DNA of 64,000 nucleotides from positions 1,926-65,925 of the forward strand of contig CALRBR010000003.1 in assembly GCA_943354385.1 (NCBI GenBank), given 5' to 3'. Positions 36,580 through 44,558 of the stretch are shown piece by piece (position 1 is the stretch's first letter; each line of letters starts with the position of its first letter). This DNA is from Candidatus Tayloriibacteriota bacterium. Lineage in GTDB: Bacteria > Patescibacteriota > Minisyncoccia > Phycocordibacterales > PALSA-1337. Position numbers and translations under genes: made by a program. The notes beneath the pieces are model-generated. The model searched no databases and was not told the origin of the DNA. It saw nothing but the letters and a program-made list of their open reading frames with translations.

Positions 36580-37953
36580 TTAGCTTTTATCAAAATCACC
36601 AAAATCATTTCTTTCAATACTCATAAAAGTAGTTTTCTTTTCATCAAAGAATAGCTCAGCTACACCAGTAGGGCCATTTCGATGTTTTTCTATCATAATT
36701 TCTGCAATACCCTTTTTGTCTGAATTTTCATTGTACTTGTCTTCTCGATGAATGAACATAACTACGTCTGCATCCTGCTCAATAGAGCCTGAGTCTCGCA
36801 AGTCAGAAAGCCTCGGCTTGCCACCTCTTTGCTCCACCGCACGAGAAAGCTGTGACAAAGCGATTACCGGCACATCTAGCTCACGAGCTAGGTTTTTTAG
36901 TGAGCGGGAAATTTCGGTCACCTGTTGCACTACATTGTCAGAATGGCGACTAGTAGTAGGTACCATGAGCTGGAGGTAGTCAACAATAATAAGACCAAGT
37001 CCCTTTTCACTTTTTAGTCGACGTGCAATAGCTCGCATTTTTAATATATTATTTCCTGGCTGATCGTCAATATAAATAGGCGCCTTCGAAAGCTTATCCA
37101 TTGCGTCACGGATACGGCCAAAGTCATTTTCGATCGACAAATTTTGTCCTGTACGGATTTTCCACGAGTCCACCTGAGACTCTGCAGAGAGCATTCTGTC
37201 TACAAGCTGTTGCGAGCTCATTTCAAGAGAGAATATACCTACTGGGATTTTATGATTGATTGCGGTTTTTCGAGCAATATCGAGCGCAAGGGATGTCTTA
37301 CCCATACTAGGTCGCGCGGCAAGAATGATCAAGTCAGACTTCTGGAAACCTGCGAGCTTGTTATCGAGCTCTTTGAAACCAGTCGGTACACCACGCATAT
37401 CATCTTTCGTTTTATGCAAACGGTCAATTCTATCCCATGCCTCCACTAAAGTATCTTTAATTTCTACAAACTTACTCGAGCCTGAATAATTGGTAACCTC
37501 AAAAATTTTTTTCTCTGCACGATCGAGCAAATCTTCGAGCTCAGAAGCCTCGTCAAAGCCAAGCTCCCCGATATGCTCAGCAGCCTCAATCAGGCTTCTC
37601 ATCATATGCTTTTTTTCTACTATTTCCGCATAGTGTTTTGCATTCGTGGATGAAGGCACTGCGTTTACGAGCTCGGTGAGAAAGCTCGCACCGCCCACCT
37701 GTTCAAGCTGCTCTTTTTCCTTGAGACGAGATGAGAGTGAGAGAAGATCAATCGGTGTGCCTTTACCAAAAAGCTCGAGCATCGTCTTCCAAATATTACG
37801 GTGCTTTTCGACGTAAAAAGAATGTCCGCCCACCACGTCCATCACTTCATTGATCGCATCAGGACGTATCATAATAGAACCAAGCAATGCTTTTTCAGCC
37901 TCAATACTTTGAGGTGGAATGCGAAGTGGCGCTGGTCGGATTGTTTTTTGCAT
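36580..37953 (-). CDS. dnaB: Replicative DNA helicase DnaB
   Basis: 457 aa. N-terminal PPQSIEAEKALLGSIM. Walker A ARPSMGKTSLAL. Walker B/H3-H4 motifs (IIVDYLQLM, ALSQLSRAVEQR). Confidence 0.92.
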   Translation of the reverse strand: MQKTIRPAPLRIPPQSIEAEKALLGSIMIRPDAINEVMDVVGGHSFYVEKHRNIWKTMLELFGKGTPIDLLSLSSRLKEKEQLEQVGGASFLTELVNAVPSSTNAKHYAEIVEKKHMMRSLIEAAEHIGELGFDEASELEDLLDRAEKKIFEVTNYSGSSKFVEIKDTLVEAWDRIDRLHKTKDDMRGVPTGFKELDNKLAGFQKSDLIILAARPSMGKTSLALDIARKTAINHKIPVGIFSLEMSSQQLVDRMLSAESQVDSWKIRTGQNLSIENDFGRIRDAMDKLSKAPIYIDDQPGNNILKMRAIARRLKSEKGLGLIIVDYLQLMVPTTSRHSDNVVQQVTEISRSLKNLARELDVPVIALSQLSRAVEQRGGKPRLSDLRDSGSIEQDADVVMFIHREDKYNENSDKKGIAEIMIEKHRNGPTGVAELFFDEKKTTFMSIERNDFGDFDKS

Positions 37954-38172
37954 AGAGTCATTCTAGCATGTCTGTTTTATTCGCAAAGATTGAAAATGGG
38001 AGAAGTCTGTGTCTAAGCTGTGTACAAATAAAGAGCCTCCGCAATAGGTACTTAAAAATGGGCTACGGAGACTGTCGAGGCGAGTATCGAGACACTTTTC
38101 AGCAGAAAAATAGTCGTACCATTTTTAAGTACCTATGGCGGAGGCTTGTTATGATTTGCTATACTAGTCTCT

Positions 38173-38829
38173 ATGGACTCAATTCATTCACTGATACAGT
38201 ATTTTACCGAGTTACCTGGGGTCGGCCCAAGACAGGCAAAAAGATTTGTCTATTTTCTCCTCAGTCGTAATGCACATTACTTAGACGAGATGTGTCGGCT
38301 AATACAAGAGCTCAAAAATACAATTCGCACCTGTAGCGAATGTTTTCGCTTTTTTCCCAATGATACTCGTGGTGACCTCATCTGCTCTATTTGTAAAAAT
38401 AAAAATCGGGAAATGGTGAGCCTGATGGTAGTCTGTCGAGATATTGATTTTGAAACAATAGAAAAGAATCATATTTTCAATGGTAAATATTTTATTCTCG
38501 GAGGAACAGTGCCGGTACTTGAAAAAATACCAGAAAAGAAAATCCGCCTTAGTGAGCTCTTGGCAAAAGTTGAAAAAAGAGCTGTAGCGGACGGGCTCAA
38601 AGAAATTATCTTTGCGATGAGCGTCAATCCCGAAGGAGAAAATACTTTAGACTTTTTGAAACAGTCGCTTGCACCGCTTGCACAAAAATATAACATCACC
38701 ATGAGTGCTCTCGGTCGTGGTCTCTCGACAGGCACTGAGCTCGAATACTCAGATAGCGATACAATTAAAAATGCTCTTAAAAATAGAGTTTCGGAGCAAA
38801 AAAGCGAGACTCCTAGCGAAATAGTATAA
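38173..38829 (+). CDS. recR: Recombination protein RecR
   Basis: 218 aa. HhH (LPGVGPRQAKRF). C4 zinc finger (CSEC..CSIC). Toprim domain and C-terminal Walker-B-like segment. Confidence 0.92.
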   Translation: MDSIHSLIQYFTELPGVGPRQAKRFVYFLLSRNAHYLDEMCRLIQELKNTIRTCSECFRFFPNDTRGDLICSICKNKNREMVSLMVVCRDIDFETIEKNHIFNGKYFILGGTVPVLEKIPEKKIRLSELLAKVEKRAVADGLKEIIFAMSVNPEGENTLDFLKQSLAPLAQKYNITMSALGRGLSTGTELEYSDSDTIKNALKNRVSEQKSETPSEIV

Positions 38830-39205
38830 AAAATCGGCAATGTTGGCTAAAATTCTCTCGGTCCCTGGATTTTCTACTAAAATCCAGGGGCCTTCCCAAA
38901 TTACCCTTCTACACAGCCACCAAACTCCCACCACACCATAGTACTTGACATTTATGTACATAGTATGCTATAATAGATAAATAAAGGTAAGTAATGGTTC
39001 TTTGATACAAGTTCGCCGACAGGATAGTGTGTGGGAGATAAAAAGGTAATATTCGCTCAGTTGATTTAATTTTACCGAACCACACCTTTCATCTCTCCCC
39101 CACTCTTCTGTCGTGTGAACAACTAAATACACATAATGGATCTTGTGCTCCCGTTTGGGCACGGAGGTAGGAATCGGAAACAGTCGGAAGGAAAAAAGGA
39201 AAATT

Positions 39206-40009
39206 ATGTTACGCAACATCACCTCCCTCGCAACAGCGATGGGACCAAAGTTCGACAAGATGTGGAGAATCGACGGCCAGTTTGGCCTCGAGGACCCCAC
39301 GCTCACGGTCATCCAAGTGCGAATGAGCTTCTTGGGCAACCAGCACCGCGTCCTCGCACGGGAGGTAGATGAGAAAATCTCCACCCGTCCGGGCACGGAT
39401 TTCAAAAAAATCCAGGGGGCGAAATACGTCCCTCTCGGCAAGGAAGTCATCCGCACGCACGGCGTGCGGATCACCAACCTATCTGCGGGGTTGCGAAACA
39501 ACAACTGGAGGTTGGTCGAACTTTACAAAACAACGGGATGGGTCAAGAACCAATATGATCCCCGTGGGCCACAACTCGAGAAGACCACCATCATGCAGGA
39601 GTGGCTCCGGTTTGAAAATATGGACGATGGCTCCCGTCCCACACAGGATGGAATCCCCATCGAAAAGACCGCGGCGAGCTTCGGTATCAGTGTCGAACAT
39701 CTCCAACAAAAGCTGGCAGCACTCGACGCCCTGCCAAAAGTCAAGGTTTTCGGGGCAGACACGCTAGACCTCATCCGTGAGCTCAACCGTGGCAAAGCAT
39801 GGAAAGATGCATTCGTGTGGGAGAACCCTCCAGGGATGTATCCCGATCGGTCCGGCCAGCTCGTCATGCAGGAGGATGGCATCCTGGCAATCAACGTTCG
39901 TGGCCCCAGCTGGGACCAGAACGCTAGGGGCGCCAACAACGCGTTGGTCGTCCACGATCACCATCTGATGGTGGTCAAAAATCTCCAGCCTGGAGAGATG
40001 GAGGAATAA
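39206..40009 (+). CDS. Hypothetical protein encoded in a second GC-rich (~60%) island
   Basis: About 267 aa from MLRNIT; the ORF-track start is at 39143. GC is ~60% against ~38% in the flanks. No family recognised. Confidence 0.55.
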   Translation: MLRNITSLATAMGPKFDKMWRIDGQFGLEDPTLTVIQVRMSFLGNQHRVLAREVDEKISTRPGTDFKKIQGAKYVPLGKEVIRTHGVRITNLSAGLRNNNWRLVELYKTTGWVKNQYDPRGPQLEKTTIMQEWLRFENMDDGSRPTQDGIPIEKTAASFGISVEHLQQKLAALDALPKVKVFGADTLDLIRELNRGKAWKDAFVWENPPGMYPDRSGQLVMQEDGILAINVRGPSWDQNARGANNALVVHDHHLMVVKNLQPGEMEE

Positions 40010-40020
40010 CCCTCATCTAG

Positions 40021-40056
40021 GCACACAAACAATGGGCGGCTCTTTCGAGACCGCCC
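40021..40056 (+). terminator. Rho-independent terminator (AATGGGCGG-loop-CCGCCCATT plus CCTTTTTT)
   Basis: GC-rich stem plus U-tract directly after the GC-rich ORF. Confidence 0.65.
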
Positions 40057-40084
40057 ATTCCTTTTTTATATACTTTCTCAAAAC

Positions 40085-40108
40085 ATTAAATCCCCGAAAG
40101 GGGATTTA
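40085..40108 (-). terminator. Terminator hairpin 3' of rplU (TTAAATCCCC-gaaa-GGGGATTTAA)
   Basis: 10-bp stem with GNRA-like loop, flanked by A/T. Confidence 0.6.
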
Positions 40109-40117
40109 ATGTTTCAG

Positions 40118-40435
40118 TTATTTTATTGAATCAATCGCTACTTTGAAGAAAGGCTGGCGGTGGCCGTTTTTCTTGAAGTATCGGCTCTTTTGCTTATACT
40201 TGATGACGTTTACCTTTGCCTCTCGGCCAATTTCTTTGAGGGTTGCTTCTACTGCTGCGCCAGCAATAAAAGGAGTACCGATAGTGGTATCTTTGCCGTT
40301 ATCTACAAGCAAAACCTTGTCAAAAGTGATCTTGTCACCTTCGGCATAAGTACCCGTGATTTTCTCAATCATCACCACATCGCCCTTGGCGACCTTGTAT
40401 TGCTTACCTCCTGTTTGTATAACCGCAAATTCCAT
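40118..40435 (-). CDS. rplU: 50S ribosomal protein L21
   Basis: 105 aa. MEFAVIQTGGKQYKVAKGDVV..EKI is the canonical bL21 N-terminus. No rpmA downstream. Confidence 0.9.
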   Translation of the reverse strand: MEFAVIQTGGKQYKVAKGDVVMIEKITGTYAEGDKITFDKVLLVDNGKDTTIGTPFIAGAAVEATLKEIGREAKVNVIKYKQKSRYFKKNGHRQPFFKVAIDSIK

Positions 40436-40624
40436 AGTGCTACACAGTATATATGAAACAAAATAAAAGTCAACGATACCTGGTGGTATAGGGAAATAGC
40501 CCCATGGAGCACTTGACGATATTCATTATTTATATTAATATATAGACAGAATAGTCAAGAAAGAGTCAAAAGACACTTTCCCTTGAAAACCTCTCACCTC
40601 GGTCAACCGTCAGTATAGGAATCC

Positions 40625-41659
40625 ATGAAAAAACACTACACTCCCCCACCCGTTTCCGAATGTAAGCTTGATCGGTTTTCCATGTTCTGTGTTCTCTGTG
40701 TCATCATCGTAGCCTCAGTCTGGCTAATGACTCGGCCATCGAAAACTGGCGAGGGAGCACAGACCACCTCCCCGACACCAGTAGCGAAAACAGTCTCGAG
40801 TCCATCTGGTCAAAAAGTCCACGCCCTAGAAACTGCCTATTTTCGAGAGAAAGCTAAAGTTCCCGAAATATGGTGGCTCAGCGACCTTCCGCTCAATCCG
40901 GAAGATGGTGCCTTTGTCCAAAAAATGATGGATCGAGAAAAACTAGTGAAAAATACTCTCGATCGCTTCCGCAAAGTCAGTCCCCTGGCTGAGCAAATAC
41001 ACACGAAATTTGGAACATTTGCAGTATCTGTATTCCTACGTGGAAATGCCTCTATTACTATTGGCCAAGCTCATCAGATTAAACAAGCTGGTGTGGAAAT
41101 ATGCTTCGTCGCCAAAAAACAGGCTGGAACACTCGAAAAAAGTATTAACGCTCCCTCCAGCCTTTACTGGCGATCAGACTGGGGAATGTTTGTAAATGCG
41201 GTTGAGGTGCCTTACTCGGTTTTTGCAGGCCTCCTCTACCACGAACTTGGACATGGAATAAGGCATCCTGTCTCACTTACTGGCAAGGGGTATTTTACAC
41301 CTGACTCAAGCGAGTATGTAGCCGAAGAGATTGAAATGCACAGGCTCGAAACTCTTGTTTTTAACGAAGCCTCAGGCGGGATCTTCGAAAAAACAATTGC
41401 TGAGATTATGTTGAGAAATCCAAAAGCCTTGCATGTCACCGAGGTTATGGCAGGAGTCACTCTAGATGATCTGGGGAAACTTGATCGCTCGATCGGTGCC
41501 GACAAAGCTGGACTAGAGACTTCACAGCTTCTGTTTGCTCACTACATGATCGCTATCGGAACAGCCTACAGTGACCTCAAATCACTCGGGATTATGGAGC
41601 AGATTAGTATGTTCCGCTGGCTTAATCGAGAGGTTTTTGATGTTCCTGTAAAAATGTAA
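40625..41659 (+). CDS. Hypothetical membrane-anchored protein with HExxH zinc-metallopeptidase-like motif
   Basis: 344 aa. N-terminal TM helix. YHELGHG motif. No specific family recognised. Confidence 0.55.
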   Translation: MKKHYTPPPVSECKLDRFSMFCVLCVIIVASVWLMTRPSKTGEGAQTTSPTPVAKTVSSPSGQKVHALETAYFREKAKVPEIWWLSDLPLNPEDGAFVQKMMDREKLVKNTLDRFRKVSPLAEQIHTKFGTFAVSVFLRGNASITIGQAHQIKQAGVEICFVAKKQAGTLEKSINAPSSLYWRSDWGMFVNAVEVPYSVFAGLLYHELGHGIRHPVSLTGKGYFTPDSSEYVAEEIEMHRLETLVFNEASGGIFEKTIAEIMLRNPKALHVTEVMAGVTLDDLGKLDRSIGADKAGLETSQLLFAHYMIAIGTAYSDLKSLGIMEQISMFRWLNREVFDVPVKM

Positions 41660-41707
41660 AGTGTTTAGACAGAAACACTTCACGGCGACTACTGTAGTCG
41701 CTTTTTT
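41659..41707 (+). terminator. Tandem hairpins (AAGTGTTT-agacag-AAACACTT; GCGACTA-ctg-TAGTCGC plus TTTTTT) terminating the HExxH gene
   Basis: Two stem-loops, the second followed by a U-tract. Confidence 0.65.
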
Positions 41708-42253
41708 ATTTACATTGTTTGATTTACCTAGTTCACCATAAGAGTACGCTATTGAAAAAGAGAAACCTCTGAACGTAAGCTCTCTCCCGGGGCTGCGACT
41801 CGATAGTCGCAATAGGTGATTGGAATACTGATAAGACCGTTACTCTATCGTCAGCAATTTGCCATGATCCTAACCAAGGCTGGCCTCTCTGCATGAAACA
41901 AAGGGGTGGTTATGGGCCACCTCCAAATCATATATATTGAATCTATTTGGTATAACATAATGCCTTTAAAACAAGCAGAGAGACAGAATAAATCACCTAC
42001 AAAAACACAACACATCGTCATAAAATTAAAAATAGGAAAAAGTGAAGCCACGGGGATGAGGATTCCCCGTGGCTTTTTCGTGGTGGTGACACGATGGTGA
42101 TAAAGCTCGTAGCTTTTTTAATAGTGTCGCAGATCCAGGGTAGGACGGATTTCAACACACCCTTTGGGTTCTTTTTTAGTCAGCTAGCGAGCAAGAACAA
42201 AATCACCGCTATGCATTGTAACACAATCTCACAAAAAAACACCTACAAAAAAA

Positions 42254-43354
42254 TTACTCCTCCTGCGCAATATCTGGCTTCTCCAGCATTGCAACCTCAA
42301 TCCCCGCCGAAACTCCAGCAATGCGCAAAACATCCTTATCGATTTTTTTAAATTCCTTGCCGGAATTGTTGTAATGGCTCACCACCGTGCCGAGCGAAGT
42401 GCCGAGCTTTTTATGATATTCCTCAAAGCTCTTTAAATGCTTACCAAGCTCCTCCACCCGCTTCACTATATCTTTTGCCGTCTCCTCGATTTGCATCGCC
42501 TTTAGGCCCTGTAACACGGTCTGGAGATAGGCAAGGAAGGAGGTCGGCGACACAATAATTACCTTGTACTTGCCCGCCGCTCTTTGTATCAAATTTTCAG
42601 TATCTTCCACCACCGCACCAATTTTGTTGATAAGTAAATCATAATAAATCGCCTCGTGCGGAATAAACATAAAAGCGAAATCCATAGTTCCTTCGTTGGG
42701 TCGGATATATTTTGATGTTTCCACAATACGTAGTTTTAAATCATTTACAAAGGTTTTCTCCAGACGCTCCTTCTCCGCTGGGTCACGAGTTTCCACCATA
42801 CGATTGTAATTTTCAAGAGAAAACTTTGAGTCAATCGGTATAATTTTATCCCTTACAAAAACAGCTGCATCTACGATTTCGCCGTTTGCAAAAGCATACT
42901 GCATTTGAAACTGCGCGGGAGACAACACATTTTTTAAAAGGGTTTCGAGGTAGTACTCGCCCAAAACTCCGCGCTGTTTTGGATTTTTTAAAATATCTTG
43001 AAGGCCTTGGAGCTGGTCAGCAAAAGATACCACCTGCCTATTGGTCTCATCGAGCTTAGTAAGACCCTGAGTTACTTCTTTTATAAGCTTTGCCGACTCC
43101 CCAAACTGACGGTGGATAGTGTCACTCATTCCTCTTGCTGATTCAGTCATTTTTGCATCAACAGTTTTATTGAGTTCCCCCACTTTGCTATCTACCGTAC
43201 GGGAAAGCTCATTCATTTGTTGGAGCAAAAGTTGCATACTGTTACTCTCGGAGGTGTCTGCAGGTTCCTTCTTTTTTCGCAAAGCAAAAAACACTAAAGC
43301 AATGTTGCCTACGAGAAGGAGCGCGACGAGGAAAATTAGAATATTTTGAATCAT
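42254..43354 (-). CDS. rmuC: DNA recombination protein RmuC
   Basis: From MIQNILIFLVALLLVG (N-terminal TM helix), then coiled coil and the conserved RmuC C-terminal domain (DFAFMFIPHEAIYYDLL). The ORF-track N-terminal extension to 43669 overlaps yqeY and is rejected. Confidence 0.85.
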   Translation of the reverse strand: MIQNILIFLVALLLVGNIALVFFALRKKKEPADTSESNSMQLLLQQMNELSRTVDSKVGELNKTVDAKMTESARGMSDTIHRQFGESAKLIKEVTQGLTKLDETNRQVVSFADQLQGLQDILKNPKQRGVLGEYYLETLLKNVLSPAQFQMQYAFANGEIVDAAVFVRDKIIPIDSKFSLENYNRMVETRDPAEKERLEKTFVNDLKLRIVETSKYIRPNEGTMDFAFMFIPHEAIYYDLLINKIGAVVEDTENLIQRAAGKYKVIIVSPTSFLAYLQTVLQGLKAMQIEETAKDIVKRVEELGKHLKSFEEYHKKLGTSLGTVVSHYNNSGKEFKKIDKDVLRIAGVSAGIEVAMLEKPDIAQEE

Positions 43355-43475
43355 GTCGAAATTATACCAATTATCTCCTCTGTATGATAGTATGAGGTCA
43401 GCTATTATTCCTCCTTTCATAAAGGAGGTGGCGAGTATTCGAGACGGAGGATTTAAAAAAATAATATAAAAAACC

Positions 43476-43931
43476 ATGTCCCTACAACAAACCATCAAAG
43501 ACCAAATGAAGCCAGCTATGATCGCAAAAGATGCTGTAAGACTAGGTGTGATCCGAGGACTGATGGCTGGATTTATCAACGAGCTCGTAGCAAAAAACAA
43601 AAGCCCGCAAGACGCTCTCATCGATGAAGAAACTATAGCTGTGGTCAAAAAGGCAGTCAAACAGCGCAAAGATTCTATCGATCAATTTACTAAAGGCGGA
43701 CGAGAAGATCTTGCAATAGATGAAAAAGCTGAGCTTGCTATACTTGAAACATTCCTCCCAAAAATGATGGGGCAGGATGAGATAAAAAAGATTGCTGAAG
43801 TCCTAAAAATCAAAATGGCTGTGACTGATAAAGCCAAGATGGGTCAGTTTATTGGGGTTGTAATGAAAGAGACAAAGGGCCAAGCAGATGGTATGGATGT
43901 TAAAGCAGTAGTTGAAAGTTTGTTTCAGTAG
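43476..43931 (+). CDS. yqeY: GatB/YqeY domain protein
   Basis: 151 aa. The MSLQQTIKDQMKPAMIAKDAVRLGVIRGLMA..KNK pattern is typical of YqeY. Confidence 0.8.
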   Translation: MSLQQTIKDQMKPAMIAKDAVRLGVIRGLMAGFINELVAKNKSPQDALIDEETIAVVKKAVKQRKDSIDQFTKGGREDLAIDEKAELAILETFLPKMMGQDEIKKIAEVLKIKMAVTDKAKMGQFIGVVMKETKGQADGMDVKAVVESLFQ

Positions 43932-44231
43932 TATTTCTGGATGTTGTAAAATTTACATAGACATGAAATAAAAAGCAGAGTAACGCTCTGTTTTTTATGG
44001 ATGCACATATTGAAAAAGTGCATGTAATGGAAAAATGATGGTGGCGTGAAGGAAATGGAAATTGAACACTCTCCAGACAAAGTTGTGGGAGGGTTCAATA
44101 TTTTTTCTTATGAGTACATCTTCAAAAATTTAGAAAGTCTTTCAAGTCCTCTCTCGCAAAACGGTTCCCACTTTGCTTTGGCACAAAATACAGGTTGTTT
44201 TTCTTTCAGTGTTCTACCCGTAAGGATATTC

Positions 44232-44305
44232 ACGCAGGTGGCGGAACAATGCGGACGAGGTTTAGCGAAAACTATTTTTTGGGTTGAGAAAGTGGGGACA
44301 CTTTT
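44232..44305 (+). repeat. Partial (third) copy of the repeat family that flanks the R-M cassette
   Basis: GCAGGTGGCGGAACAATGCGGACGAGGTTTAGCGAAAACTATTTTTTGGG closely matches 58795-58850 (GCAGGTGGCGGAACAATGTGGACGAAGTTTTGGCAAAACTATTTTTTGGG). Similarity decays afterwards. Confidence 0.65.
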
Positions 44306-44348
44306 GCAAGGCCTTTTGAGCTTGTACTCAAGCCCAAATTGGATGGGA

Positions 44349-44558
44349 TTATTTTTTCTTCCAAAATTGGAATTTATCAAAAAACAAAATTCGTACACCT
44401 AATAATTCAAGACCAATAATTGCTAACCATGAACCTGGTGTGAGTGGCGTAAAGAAAGCGGCAAATCCAATAAAAAACAAAATTGCCCCTACTACCTTTT
44501 TGATTTTCGGTTTACTATGAATATATTTTTTAATGGTTTTGAGCAGATTTATACACAT
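44349..44558 (-). CDS. Possible small membrane protein downstream of the P-type ATPase
   Basis: 69 aa. Lys-rich N-terminus plus 2 hydrophobic helices. No family recognised. Confidence 0.35.
   Translation of the reverse strand: MCINLLKTIKKYIHSKPKIKKVVGAILFFIGFAAFFTPLTPGSWLAIIGLELLGVRILFFDKFQFWKKK

Noticed and set aside
38968-39504. 178-aa minus-strand ORF overlapping the GC-rich island gene
   Set aside because: It is antisense to the longer plus-strand ORF, which has a better codon-position GC pattern. It is likely a high-GC artefact.
43355-43669. ORF-track N-terminal 105-aa extension of rmuC (42254-43669)
   Set aside because: It overlaps the well-supported opposite-strand yqeY gene. Its sequence (MRCLTAFLTT...) is compositionally non-protein-like. 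A proper start, MIQNILIF, with TM helix exists at 43354.
44046-44402. ORFs 44046-44402 (+) and 44108-44398 (-), and 58781-58999 / 58810-59070 / 63765-63980, sharing peptide strings such as RPHCSATC and KLFFGERICQNFGSFVFEFGCRKWK
   Set aside because: The similarity is at the DNA level (a repeat family, including reverse-complement copies). The ORFs have no start context and low-complexity sequence. Treated as non-coding repeats.
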